64,000 bases of DNA. Origin: Guillardia theta CCMP2712. Its lineage: Eukaryota > Protista > Cryptophyta. Each line of letters begins with the position of its first letter. The first letter of the stretch is position 1. The notes under the pieces are model-generated. The model was not told the origin of the DNA and searched no databases. It saw nothing but the letters and a program-made list of their open reading frames with translations. A program made the translations under genes and the position numbers. Of this stretch, positions 25,029-38,267 are shown piece by piece. The stretch covers positions 1 to 64,000 of the forward strand of contig NW_005434510.1 of NCBI RefSeq assembly GCF_000315625.1, read 5' to 3'.

Positions 25029-26614
25029 GGGGAGAGAGATCGCTTGCCTTGAGTGTCTCGGTATCGAGAAATCTCCTGCTGTGCCTGCTTCCATCAGGAA
25101 ACCGCAACTGGATGTGCGTAGCGGAGCGATCTTCCTTGCTGGGCTCTGGTGGCAAGGAGTTTCTAACGTCTTCGAGCTGTCTTTCCCGCTGCCTCTCAGC
25201 TTCCTCGGCCTCGCGCTTGATTCTCTCAATCCTTCGCTGCTCTTCCAACCTGTTGCTACTCTCACTGCAAGCATGCACTTGCTGTGTTTCAAACCTTGCT
25301 TGCTCCTTCCTGCGATCCTCCTCCAAGGACTTCTGAAACTCTAACAGCAAAGTTCGCATCAAGGAAGTGAAAGCGAAGGATAATCACTTCACCGATGTCT
25401 TGTGCTACTCTCAGAGAATCTGTATAGTGAGAATAAATGTTCTCAGACCTGCCTCTGTAACACAAAAACGCGTCAATCACCATTTCTCCCTTTCTGCTTC
25501 CAACGTGCCTATCGCCATCATCATCTAGACATCCATCAGGAGGGAATGCTGGGTTGTCTTGTAAAGAAGCTTCAATGGCAGCGTGAAGTTCCTGCCAAGA
25601 CGTCATCGCAGCTCGAGCCTATCTCAAAATCACCGCATCCTCATCTTCAAGCGACATTCTTGACTTCGTCTCCATGTTGCCTGGCCCCTTCACGCTCGGG
25701 ATCGAGGGCTGGGGAGCAGAGAGAGCAGAGGAGGATGCCACTTGCAAAGCCTTACCTGCAACAACATGAACCCACATGTTTCCCTCTTTCACTTCCTCCT
25801 ACTCACCCATTTTGCCCCATTGATGAGAGTCAAGAAACCGCGAGAGACGTTCGACGAGATCTTTGGGAGCGATGTACTCTTCGATTCGCTCAAGCAGGGC
25901 TCCCGTGAGAGGATCTATTATGTCGATGACGGGGAAGGTGTAGGACGGATAGATACTGAGATACTGTCTGCCTGCTGTGCTCTCAAACTCTTGCTGCCAG
26001 AAGATGAATTTGCTCGTCACGACAGCAGTGACGAGCTCGTTGCTCCATGTGTCGCGATTCAGCATCTGTGAGTGGAAGATGTCTCTCTTCTGCAGATTCA
26101 CCAAGCAATACTTTTCTTCTCCTTCTGCTTTTTCTCTCAGCTTGTCGAAGTTTCCTTGAAACATCAGTTTTGCCGGGGGAGGAAACAAGTACGACCCCTC
26201 GTCATCCTCCTTCCCTGACACCGGCACTTGCATTCCCTCGGACGAGAATTTCCTGAAGTTCTCGATGACTGGTCCCATCACCTCTGGCATGTTCTCAACG
26301 AGTCGCTCGACTGTCTCTGATCCTGCCCCCGCAGCACCTCGGGTAACCCTCTCCCTCTCCACCTCCATCCTCGATTCCCCGTTCCCCTCCGGCCGCTCTG
26401 CTTCCACAACAACCGGAGATGATCTAGACCCTCCAGTTCCTGGAACCGAATGGATGCCTCCGAATCCATCATCGCCAACAAGCATCATGTAAGCATGGAC
26501 TCCGTCTTCAAGCGACCAGTTGTGGTTCCTTAGCATGTCTTCGGCGAACGACTCGTCGTCTACACCCGTCACCTCCATGAAGGACGAGACGATTGCTTTT
26601 CTGTCCGTTTCCAT
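24813..26614 (-). CDS. UBX-domain protein, UBXN7-like (UBA-like, UAS, UIM-like, UBX)
   Basis: FMEVTG...HNWSLEDGV; SQMLNRDTWSN; ELHAAIEASL; IQLRFPDGSRHSRRF...FPRK. Confidence 0.9.
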
Positions 26615-27443
26615 CGTATCTTTCCGCGATCTCTGCTCTTTTCCTGTACGTCTCCCCCAAACGTCAAGCCCTGCCGACTCTTGCTAATACACAGGCAACA
26701 AATCCCTGCAATGTCGGGATGATCCGTGCTTGATCTTCGCAGCTGCTCAGAGATAGCAAGGATTGAACGTGTAGGTTCGGGCCAGATCAGCTAAATTTGT
26801 TGACGGGCTCCTCCTTCCCCTTCTCTTTCTTTCCTGTCCGAGAGCAGCTCTGTATGTTGCTGATACAAATGACCTTCTCGTTCGCCTTGCCCTGGCTCTT
26901 GTTGCTACTTCTATTAATCCTCTGTTTGACTTCTTCTCTTCTTCTCTTCTTCTCTTCTTCTCTTCTTCTCTTCTTCTCTTCTTCTTCCTCCTCTCACTTC
27001 AAGCTCTCGTCCCTCCCACCCTTGAATCCCTTTGTTTCAATGCTGCACCGCAACCCTGTCTACCCCCACCCCGAATAGAAAGTACCCTTCCAAAACTACC
27101 TACCCTGTCAAAAATAAGAAAATTCCTACCCCACCACAGATAAAAGAGCTATTAGACTATCATAATACCCCTACTTTATCTTTCTGTGGCTACCACCACC
27201 CATTATTTCGGACCCATGCAACTACCCCCTACCCCTCATCGACAAGATGAATCCTGATCTAATGACCCTTGATCTGATTGAATCGACTAAATCGATTGAA
27301 TTTTTCAATTCAAATCACCATCCTGCAAACGCGAATCCGGCTCGGACCGTCAGGCGTGGGCCCGGCCACCTGTTATATATAATTATACTCGATTTATGCC
27401 TGATTATGTATAATGCAATGTAACATTCGAACCTGGTGCCATC

Positions 27444-30431
27444 ATGGTGCAAGGGAAGGGGTCAGCGCTCAAGGCTTGCGGCCAGTGGCGGCTGAGCAGT
27501 GATGAGTCTAGTCTGACGATGTTCATGAAGGGTCTAGAGTCTGACCCTCTTCATTGTTGGATCCGAGTCCGATCACCCTTAAACTCACCCGAGGCGGCAT
27601 GCCTTGCCAAGTTGGCACTGTATGCGAGAATCGAACAAAACGCCTTCCACAGATTCAGTGAATGGCAATGGCAGATCTATGATGACGACAGATCATGTCA
27701 AGACTTCTGACTCTCCTATCGGCAGGTGTTGCCAGCCTGGTCTGGGCTAGACTTGAGACATGGATGAAGCTCCGAGCATGCATCCTCCGAAACCGCCTTC
27801 TCGTCATGTGCGCTTGTCTCTGGAAAACAAGAATGCACTTAGCTCTAGCCATTCGACAAGTTCGTTCGTTAACAAGTATGTCTTGGGTTGATTGCTTCGA
27901 TCCCTTGTTTGATTTCGGTACAGCCAAGATTTCATGCAGCTCAGAGAAGAGGTCCTGTATCTGTCCAACTCCGTCAACACTCTGCGGCAATCAGACTCAA
28001 GAAGGCGGGCAAGGTGAAGAGAAACATCGAGGGGATCTCTTCTGACGTTGATGTATGTAATTCACAAACAGCGGAGAGCATTTCAACCATAAACCTGAGT
28101 TAGCAGCGCTTGACCACTGCAAGAAGAAGGTTGGGTATACTTTATTCTTGCGATGCCAAAGAGGCATGCTATCGAGATGTTTCTCTGCATACAAGGTGCA
28201 AACAATCCAAGTGATCGATTTGAGTGACTAAACTCATCAGGGGCAAATGGGACTCAACAAGTGGACGAGAAATCAATTGAGTCGCTTCTCAATGAGAAGA
28301 AAGCGAAGTAGCTGCTTGCTCGTCTTGGATTTCTGGCTGCACTTTACGAGGCGACAAGCAAGACTTGAAAATTCCCTTGGGAAATTTCTGGAGAACAAGC
28401 ACAAAGATTGCATAGCGACTTGGAGGAGGCACGTGAGCCAGTCGATGTTGGAACGACAAAAAGGTTTGTGAAACCGTAGTCGCTGCTTATTCTAATCAAT
28501 TTTTTGCTCTTCGCGTCTATCAACTTTCAGGAAAGAGTATAGAGCCAAAGTCACAGAAGCGATCTTCAGGCTTGTATACGGTGAGCTGACGACTTGGTTG
28601 AGGCTTTAACATTCGTTGAACATGTTTGCAGATGCAATGGCGACTGAAGCGAAAAAAAGAGGCTAAAGTCTTGGAGATCTGGAGAAGTGAGTTCGAACGA
28701 TCAAGCTGATGCTTCTTGATGGCACTCAATGCTAGGATCTGCCTTGGTGATGAGAAGAAAGCGAGCAGCGACCAGAAGAATGTTGCATCGTCAGACGATC
28801 AGGAGCGAGGTCTTACCCACATTCATTCATTCATTAATTCATTCAGGGTTGATTGTATTCCTCCCTAGAAATCTGCATTTTGGTTTTGGAGGCTCAGCCT
28901 TTGGATGCAACGAAGTGAACAGGCTGATGCTGCTGAACCAGTAGAGAGTCAAAGCACCCAAGCATCAGTTCAACAACAAGAGTTACAACAAGCCTGCCAA
29001 TCATTACAAGGGACAGTCGTCCAACTAGAAAAAGAGCGAAATTCCTTGGCTGCAAGATTATTACTAGCTGAACAAGACCTGCAAGAGTACGTGTGCTTGC
29101 ATTCAAGTATGATCTTGTCCAACTTCTTGCTTAAAGGAAAACGTCCAAACACACTCGGAATCAACTATTTGAGAGCACGCTTAGCAAGATGTACTCCTCT
29201 CAGGTCAACTGCATTCCCGCAACCAGCCTCTTGCTCAAGCGTGTCGCAGAACTCTCTGAACATCTCAGATCTTGCTAGCAGGACCCAAGCTGTGAGTATG
29301 GCTCTGATATAGTATGTCCTCGTGAACAGTTTGCAGGATATTTTTGAAAGGAATTTTCATAGAAGAGAGATGGAGAACAATTTTGACCTTGTGCTCGACA
29401 ACTTGGAAACTACACTGCAAAGACAGGCACAAGCGAAGAACAGAGTGTGTTGGTGTAATTGACTGAGGTACAGGCGGAAGACTTGCGAAAGCTTCACGAC
29501 GATTGTGTTGTAGCGGAGGGAGTGAAGGTGAAGCGCTTCTTCACATGGTTTATCTGAGAGTGCTCTTGGCAGTCTCTGGCGATCAAGGGGTACCTTCAGT
29601 TCATCGACTTCTTCTCCGAAACCCGACGGCTCTGCAACATCCACAGGTATGAGAGGGACGCGATGCCATGCGCTCCTCGGTCAGCTCATGCAGTCGCTTG
29701 CAGGACGTCAATCCTCCACTTTCAACAGGAGCGCAAGCTGGCGGAGAAGCGAACAGCAGACGTCTTCTTCGAGGTGCTTTGTTTTGCTTTATCCCTTCCT
29801 CCTCCTCATTCCCCTCGAGATGGAGAAGTCCTTCGAGGACTCCGTCATGGCCTCTCTCGCCTCTTCCCGCTCGGACCTCTCATCCTCCGACGACTGGCAG
29901 CACCTGTCCGGTAAAGCTCCTCCTCTCCCGTGCTGCCCGTGACTTGCCCTTCTTCCTTCCCCCCATCTCTTGCCCCCACCCTCTCTCAGGCGTGTGGAGG
30001 AAGAAGGACGAGCTGAGCGGCTTGTCTGAAGTCACGCGCATGTTCAACAGCCCCAAGTTGCTCGCTGACGTTCCCAACCTCATCGTCCAGCTGGTGTCTG
30101 AGCACGTGGAGGTTCAGAGCAGCAGGTGTGAGGAGGGTCTGAGGTGCTGCAGGACATCAAAGCGATTCTGCTGGCGCTCAGGAGGCGAGAGGTCGGCAAG
30201 TATCCCCGCAACGTCAGGCGCCTCATCGTGAGCTCCAAGATGATCCAACTCGAAGTTATGAAGCTCACGTGCCATGTCCACGTCATCAGATTGGTGCTGA
30301 CCTCCCTGCAGGAACGTCTCGCCTGCCGGGGAGCTCAACACCTCCGGTACTCGAAACTTTTATCGACTTGTCAGCCTCACCAAGCGGCAGGTTTCATGAG
30401 CACAAACGGCTCAGCCTCTATCCAAGTTTGA
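27444..30431 (+). CDS. Multi-exon hypothetical coiled-coil protein (boundaries uncertain)
   Basis: Successive short E/Q/L-rich exons separated by GT-AG introns, e.g. QQQELQQACQSLQGTVVQLEKERNSLAARLLLAEQDLQE. Confidence 0.5.
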
Positions 30432-30543
30432 GTTGCTCGTTTGAGTTTCAATCAAGATGGCAAATGTTGACAAGGAAGAAAAACAATAAAATGTACAAGA
30501 AGCCCTCGATCATCGTCCCTGGCTGCCCCACGCCTTTCGCTCG

Positions 30544-31552
30544 TTACAAGGAGACCTGAGGAGAAAAAGCTGGTGAGGTGCGAAAAGAAGAGCACGAGCA
30601 GCAGGAGGAGAGAGAAGGACAGGGGAAAGAGCAGGACAAGCGAAGGGACCTCATCGAAGTCGCGGTCAGCTCTCGTCCTCCGTGGGCTCTCCATCATTCC
30701 TGCCTGAACTCTCTGAACATCTCGAGGGCGAGAAATTGTCGGCATGGGACGGAGGTCCGTGCGAGGAGGCAGTTCGAGGAACGCCCGCAGCTCGTCGCTC
30801 TCTCTGACCTAAGACAAACTGAGTGACAAGCGGAGAGACGGGAGGAGATGAGAGAGGAGCAAGACAGAGCGAGAGGAAGGATGGCAAGGGTGCAAGTGAC
30901 TAACAATCCTCGGCTGATCCAACAAGCACTTCATGTAGACCTCAAGCTCTGTCTTCCTCTGCTGCGCAACGTCGCGTGACATCTTGCCAACCCAGACCTT
31001 AGAAGGGAACTCGGCGAGTCGAACTGAAGGCTCCCGGCCCCACACTCGCTGCAGCTCCTTATCCAACAGGTCGAACTCTCGGTATCGACGCTCGACGCTC
31101 CACCTTCTTCCATTGTACCCCACCTGAGAAAACGGGACTTAGACCTCTCCCAACTCCTCCCTTCCCCACCTCCCCCAACCTCCCCGTTTTTACTCCCTCC
31201 ACACCCTCCAAATTCCCATCCTCGCTCCCCATCTCCTCGCTCCCCGTTCCCTCCCACCCTCCCCATCTCTTCCCTCCCGCCTTTTAGCAGTGGCCTCACC
31301 TGCAGCACGTACACAACATGCTCCCCACTGCCCAAGCACACGAGAGGCATCGAACCTCCCTTCCTGCCTCCTCGTTGCACGAAGGGCTCCTCGAAAGTCA
31401 CCTTGAGACCAGTCAGACCTTGTGGTGTTTCCGCTTTCTCCTACCTCCACGTTCTCCAGGCTGTTCCTCTCTGGATCGCGATGCCTCGAATGACCGTTGC
31501 AGTTTCCGTTATGTCTCGAATGACTTCCGTTGTTCTGCTGAGCGTGATCCAT
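30544..31552 (-). CDS. PX (Phox homology) domain protein
   Basis: HVVYVLQ / WSVERRYREFDLLDKEL...FPSKVWVGKM...QQRKTELEVYM. Confidence 0.85.
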
Positions 31553-32339
31553 GAGAACAAGGCGAAAACTAACGAGCAAACACACAGAGACGACAACAAA
31601 CGAGCAAAGAAGCAGAAACGAAGGACAGGAGAAACCAGGGTACAAGCAACAAAGTGGAGAGATAATGAGGAAGAAGGTGCATAGATGTGTAGATGCTGTC
31701 TAGCATCTAGCAATTATGCCATTACAGCAGCAGCAGCAGCAGCAGCTATCGTCTTCACCTGGCAAGAAGCCCTTGCTACAGCTAGCGCTTGTTCGAGTTC
31801 TGTGGGTTGGAAGAGCGAAGAAACCGCATCCTTGTTGTCCAATTTGACTGGCCTGGTCGAGCTCGTACACTGACCGTAGACTGTGTCGTAGAGAGGATCT
31901 TTGAAGACTCCGACACCTGAACTACTGTCACTCTAGCATGTCCCAAGCCAACCCGCTGGCCACCGTCATAGTTCTCTGCCTCCTTCTCTCCTTGCTTCTT
32001 CAAGAACGCTCTGCAATCACCAACGTAAGAACACAACAAAACAAATATGAGCGAGTCACTTCGCTGCTCGTGCACAGAAGTAGTTTCCTCCCCCTCCATA
32101 TCCTTTTGTCCCGACGCTTTCCAGATTCCATGTGGCCATCACTGCGAAACCTTATAAGCATGGACGCAGAAAAGAAACCGGACGAGTGGGAGGACAATGT
32201 GTTCTGATACAGATGAACAGTGATTGAGATAACGATGTTGCCTTGCAATTGGAACGCTATCTTGATCTATTGCAACACATCATCCTGATATCCTGTGTCT
32301 ATCAACCTACTGCTTCTTCTGCTTCTTCAGTTTCTGTCC

Positions 32340-32900
32340 CTGACGCTCCTCCTTCTACTCTTCTTTCTCCTCCTCCTACTCTTGCTTCTCCTTCTATTTT
32401 TTGTTTCTCCTCCTCCATTGTTGCTGTTTCTCCTCCTCCTACTCTTGTTTCTCCTACTCATGTTTCTTCTCCTTGTTCTACTCTTGCTTCTCCTCCTTCT
32501 ACTGTTGCTGTTTCTCCTCCTCCTCCTCTTGCTGTTTCACATCCTTCTATTCTGGTTTCTCCTCCTTCTACTGTTGCTGTTTCTCCTCCTCCTACGGTTC
32601 CTTCTCCTCCTCGTTCTATTCTTGTTTCTCCTCCTCCTACTCTTGCTTCCCCTACTCTTGTTTCTTCTCCTTGTTCTACTCTTGCTTCTCCTCCTTCTAC
32701 TCTTGTTTCTCCTCCTTGCTCTACTCTTGTTTCACGTCCTTCTACTCTTGCTTCTCCGCCTTCTACTGTTGCTGTTTCTCCTCCTTCTACTCTTGCTTCT
32801 CCTCCTTCTACTCTTGTTTCACGTCTTCCTTTTCTTGTTTCTCCTCCTACTACTGTAGCTGTTTCTTCTCCTTCTACTCTTGTTTCTCCTCTTGACTCTC
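32340..32900. repeat. Degenerate 21-24 bp pyrimidine-rich minisatellite (ctactcttg[ct]ttctcctcctt)
   Basis: Direct repeats, open in several frames (STLASPP on +, VEGGEAR on -). Confidence 0.85.
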
Positions 32901-33511
32901 TCTCTCCTTCTGCTTCAGCCTCGTCACTCCCTGCATGTAATATGGGTCCAATTCCAGACTGTACCACCCTACCCCCGAGCAATAATATCACCCCCTTAAT
33001 TCCCATCCAATACCCCCCTACTTCTCCTCATGGCACGAAGCCTCTGACCACCCACCAGTGATATTTTTCGTCGCTTCATTCACTATGAGGCCTGTATTTG
33101 ACTACATTACTTCAATTAAATAGTCAAACTATCGATGCGTTGGTCCCGGCGAGGTGACAGTGGCTGCCCCGGCCGGCCCGGCCACCGTGCCCGAGCCTAC
33201 CGTACTGTGCCATACTGCGGCCCGCCGCCGGCGGCCGGCCCGGCCGGGCGGGCGGGACCGACTCCGGTGACTGTCCCGGCTTTCCAGCTGCTGGGAACGG
33301 TAACCGCGGGGGAGCCGGCCGGCGGCCCGGCGTCACCCGGGCGACCCGGGCATACCGTCACGGTGGCACCGGGGCCAGCGGTCCACGCCGCTCCGACTCC
33401 CGGCGCCCGGCGCGGCCAGGGTCCCCGGCGCAGCGGATGGTCATCGGATGCGGCGATCCGACTCGGACGTCTCAGTCACTGTGCCATCCGTCGCCGGGTC
33501 AGTCGGGCCGG

Positions 33512-35065
33512 CTAAAGATTGAAGGCGACCAAGGATAAGGCCATGATCAACATTCCAAGAACCTGCAATGCCATAGTAAAGCGTCGCAAGGACTGATGCG
33601 AGGACTCACCCAAGATGAAGTGACGATCGCATGATTCACGTCATGTCGATAGGCCGATGGCAGGAGCTCGGCCAACGAGATGAAGACCATCATCCCAGCT
33701 ACTAGAGCAAACATCGCTCCATACGATACGTTGTTGATATTGTCTTTCACGGCAAGGTAGCCCACCACAGCGCCAAGAGGCTCACTGAGTCCGCTGATCG
33801 TCGCCCATCTGCAAACCTTTCAGTGAATTCTCAACTTGTGACAGTCCGAAGGAAACACATACATGAAGCCTTTCAATCGAGACTTGGTCGCATGATAGAT
33901 TGGCATAGCAACGCAAATACCCTCGGGGATGTTGTGTATCGCTATTGCCACACAGATGGTAACCCCAACAGAAGAATCCTATCAACAACGGTGAGCGACA
34001 AGCTTTTCGCAGCCTGGAACTTGCCGCCATGGTGGCCACAAACGTCGCTAGTCCTTCCGGGAAATTGTGGATCGCAACAGCCAGGCCAGCAAGAATACCT
34101 GAGATCAGCAGCAGTATCACATACTGGCATGAAAGCTTCTTGATGGGTGCGTTCGACCTGTCGACTGCAGCTCAAGAAGTGCGGCTGGGTCAGGGTGCCG
34201 TCTCCGAGACAGAGACTCTTCTTCTTGGTCCTTGTCACACCTCCCCTGCGAGTGATCCACCATCAACGTCTCTGAGAGATCTTCATCTGTCCTTGACATT
34301 TCCGGGGTCAGCGGCTGTGTCAATGGGACCGTGCTAGTCCGTGTTCCCGTGGGGACATGCACATAGAAGTGTTTCAGGGTTGCTCTTGAAATGCGAACCT
34401 GAAGGGTGAAGTGGGTCAAGCACAAGACTCGCAGCATCTGCACAACCTCCCATCCAGGTGGAAGGCTGCAAACATCTTCAGGCCACGTGTCTGGGTCGCC
34501 CTCGTTCGCATCGTCGGTCGTCGTGACTTGTATTTCTTCCATTCCAGACATGCAATCATTCCTGAGCTCGTTTTCTACGTTGGTGGAACTGTCGGGCTTT
34601 GCCGAGCTGCAGAGATTTTTCATGGTGTGTACTGCCATCGCAACGAACTTTCTCGATGTGACGACATTGATGGCAGCGCAAAGAACAAGCCCTGCCATCA
34701 ACGTCACATTGTAGTGGCCGACACGCCCTTTTCATGCCTGCAAAGAAGAAAGCGGTCGCAGACCCGTATCCTTTCGAACAGATTTCATTCGCTCCCCGTT
34801 GTGGACACCATTCGTCACTGTATAAAAGTTTCAGCCTTGTGCAATTCGTCATCAACTGTTGTTCAAACCTGAAGGCGACGACTGACTTTGTGAAAATCTC
34901 CACCATAGACACATATGTCATAATGCCTGCAGATAGTGCCAAAGATATTGCAAGAAATGTCTTGTTCTCCACGTTCACTACAAATGCAACGGCTGCCCCA
35001 AGCGAAGTGCACATGCCTGCAGCAAGCACCAACCCAAAGGACAACGCCACGTTTCCTTCTTTCAT
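33512..35065 (-). CDS. ZIP/ZupT-family metal transporter with a WW-like domain in its large loop
   Basis: LALSAGIMTYVSMVEIF; LAVAIHNFPEGLATF; HNIPEG; VAGMMVFISLAELLP. Confidence 0.92.
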
Positions 35066-35816
35066 CTTTCAGACGCTCAGAGCAAAAGAGCTTGGTGCCA
35101 GAGTCAGCAAGATTGAAATCAGTTTCTTCAAGAAAAGAAGGAGATCCCCCTTCTTTAGACTTCTGGATCCCCTTCAATGCAGATCTTCAATGGAAACCAC
35201 TTGTTTGCAGGTTGAACAGCAGGCGTTTGGATTTCGAGTATCAAGAGCTAGAAGAATTTCATAATGTACTATCCCCTTCTTGCTCTAGCGAGCAAGCACG
35301 TCATCGTCCACCCCGCTCTTCTCCTTCGCTGCATGGCCTTTTTTTTCCTGGTCACTTCACAAGTACGGACCTCATCCCCGCAGTTGAATAGGTTTAGTTC
35401 AAATAGTTTAGATCTAGGGGTTTAGATCAGGGTTGTTGTTGCAGGCTCGCAACTAAACCCATCGACCACCTGTCCCATTCAGGTGCTTTACACCATTATT
35501 TGCCTTGGTAGTTCAATCATTTAATCATAATTTGAAATTATCTTGAAACTATTGGTAATAATCATGAAATTTACTATTACCTCTGTGGCTGAGTTCGAGT
35601 TCGAGAGATGCAACCCATTATTATCCCGCTGAAACACCATGCACTACCCCTATATTTCCACTCTTACTACCCCACCTTGAGACCTCCACACTGTACATTT
35701 GTACAACAACTAGTACCCCTTGTTTTCTGCATGGATATACCCGTAGTCTTTCCCCAATCCTTCCCCCACTCACATAAAAGCCTCATTGCTCCGGTTGGCC
35801 CCATTCCCCGCCTACC

Positions 35817-36140
35817 ATGTCCCAGTCGCTTATCCTGCTCGCACTGTTCGTCCTTGTCCTCGTCGCTTCGTGCGTCCTGGCTGATGTTGCCTCTGTTCCT
35901 GCCATGAAGCCGCGCTCATGCGCCCTCAACTTCGTCGCAACCCCCGCCAAATTTTCACTTCCACTCAGAACCACGACAGTTCGCATGGCGAAGGAGTCGG
36001 AGTCAGGAATTGCTCCCAGGAATGATGAGAAGGACAAGAAGAGCGAGAACAGCAAGATTGTCTCTCGGAATATTCAGAGTGTGATCAAGAAAGTGCAGGC
36101 TTCCCCTTCCGTTCTGATGGGAAAGAAGATGAAGAAGTAA
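35817..36140 (+). CDS. Small signal-peptide-bearing protein
   Basis: Hydrophobic N-terminus MSQSLILLALFVLVLVASCVLA followed by a basic, transit-peptide-like segment. Confidence 0.5.
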   Translation: MSQSLILLALFVLVLVASCVLADVASVPAMKPRSCALNFVATPAKFSLPLRTTTVRMAKESESGIAPRNDEKDKKSENSKIVSRNIQSVIKKVQASPSVLMGKKMKK

Positions 36141-36451
36141 ATCGCGGCATCTTCTTGACGAGGAGAGGAATTTTATCCGTCAGTTTCACGTGTTCCATGC
36201 CTCGTTTGTGTCACTAGCGGATTTCGTGTGAAATAGAGCTTTCGCTATGAAATCTGAAGATGTATTCTAGAGCTTTTTTTGGTTGCAACAAAAAACAAAA
36301 ATAAAAGCAACAAAGTCCAATTGGGGTTCGCAACAAATTCCATTGGGATTCGGACGTGTTCGAGAAAGAATTTTGATGTATTTCATGTCGTATGATCTTG
36401 TGATGTATAACGATTCTAGTGAAGGATAGAGTTGCCTAAGTCCAAGTTTCC

Positions 36452-37901
36452 TTAACGAATGCTGTTGGCGCCTAACAATGACCGACTGGCTTGCTCATCT
36501 TTGAGTTTAGAAGCACTGTTCCTCCCAGCTCCGAATATTCTCCAGAATCTGATGGTTTCATCAGCTGCAGCTGACACCACGGTCGTGCCATCCTGGAGCA
36601 AATCAGTAAGATCCTACAACAAGTCTTTCATGGTACTCTTACAGGGCTCTTTGCCATATGGAGCACCCTAGCCTGATGTCCGGTTAACTCCGTGACCTTC
36701 TGCAGGCGTCCAGAGCCGAAGTGTCTCCACAGAATCAGCTGATTGTGTGTGAAGCCATGGGAGGATACAAACTCCTTGTCATGGATAGACCACTCGATCG
36801 CGCACACCTGTAAGGTAAATCAGTCGCCGTTCAAATGATTGAATGGGGGAGCCGGACCTGCGATTTAGTGTCGACCTCGTTGAAGCAGGTGCCGTTTGAG
36901 GTGTTCCACAGGCAAATTTTTCTATCGGCGGTTCCTCCACCTGACGCTAGAGTGTTGTGTTGAAAGGGGCACCAAGCGAGCGCTTTCACTGCAGCTCGAT
37001 GACGCTCTATGCACAACCTTGGGCGATTGTTTCGCGCCTCCCAGATGAACAGAACGTTGTCATTCCCCCCTGACGCAAGCTGGTTTGCTTGAGGGGACCA
37101 TTTCAGCCCGCAGACTTCATGACGATGTCCATGTAGAGATGCGATCTTGTGATTATTTGCACGAGTATCATGGTGAATGATCTGACAGTCCCTGGACCCG
37201 CTGCTGAGGGAGGAGCCCGTGCTCCACGTGAGGCTGGACACCCGCTGTTCATGGCCTCGGAGAGTTCTGACCAGAGAGCTTGTGCTCACGTCCCATAACT
37301 GAATCTCTGCGGAGTGAGTTCCAACGGCAAGTGTGTTACCTGAACCCCATGACAAGGAGGTTATGATGTCGCCTCTGCCGTCTGTCTGCATCAACTTGTG
37401 TGCAGCACCTGTACTTGCATTCCAGAGAAACACTGATTGATTTAGTGCAACTGCAAGAACATTTGTGGGGCTCCAGTCTAGAAGGTTCAGGTAGTAGTCG
37501 TCTACGATCTGCGGGGCATCTAAAATCTTATCTGCTGACTTAGGGATGAACCGTGAGATTTTCTTCTTGGATGGTGATGACAGGCTGGGTGAGGTAGGGA
37601 GATCATTCACAGTGTAGCTACCTAGACCTTTGGATGGTGATGCTGGTGACAAGCTAGCTGACAAGGATAACAGCTTCTCATTTGGTGACATGTAAGGGTA
37701 AACTAATTCCTTGAGCGCCCGTTTGTAATCTTGCTTAGTTGGTGATGTTTCGACTTCATTACTATTTATCTTACCGTTTTCTTGCTGTTGAAAAACACTC
37801 AAGTCAGAAACAATGTCTAGACGTCTAGGTATGAACCGGTCAGTATACTTAGCCTTTGGCGACATAGCTTTGCTGGGGCTAAAACTGAGATCAAGAGACA
37901 T
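36452..37901 (-). CDS. CDC20: CDC20/Fizzy-family APC/C co-activator (WD40)
   Basis: C-box DRFIPRR; ILDAPQIVDDYYLNLLDW; LASGGNDN; LASGGGTAD; C-terminal IR tail (ANSIR*). Confidence 0.93.
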
Positions 37902-37920
37902 GTGGGAACCTGGAGGGGAT

Positions 37921-38002
37921 CAAGTGGTTGCAGGTGATGTCAAGCACAAGTGGTTGCAGGTGATGTCAAGTACAAGGGGTTGCAGGTGATGTCAAGTACA
38001 AG
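37921..38002. repeat. 26-bp tandem repeat x3 just upstream of CDC20
   Basis: caagtggttgcaggtgatgtcaag[ct]a, contiguous, no spacers. Confidence 0.9.
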
Positions 38003-38267
38003 GCAGCGGGTAGGATGTCACGGTGAAAGCGACTGAGCTGAGCGATCGCGCGATGAGCAGAGGTTGAGGTATTGTAAGTACCCTCACCCCTTCAAAAGAG
38101 GTTTGAAGGGGGGGTACTCCTCCTCCTGCGATCCTCTAAAATTGCCGTTGCAAATTTGTGGCCCTCATCCCCTCACGTCTTATGAGGCTTCGGTTTAATT
38201 GTTTTACCTTATTATAATAGTACTGCCCATAAACTACTTTAGCTCATACGTTTCTATCCCCGTCACC

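Noticed and set aside
32243-33061. Mucin/extensin-like Ser-Pro-Thr protein
   Set aside because: The minisatellite is open in several frames on both strands, has a TTG start and no clear signal peptide; coding status cannot be supported.
35410-35460. Telomere-like words (taggggtttag, ctaaaccc)
   Set aside because: Only one or two imperfect units in opposite orientations; too short to call.
37921-38002. CRISPR-like 26-bp repeats
   Set aside because: Units are contiguous with no spacers, there are no cas genes, and the context is eukaryotic.
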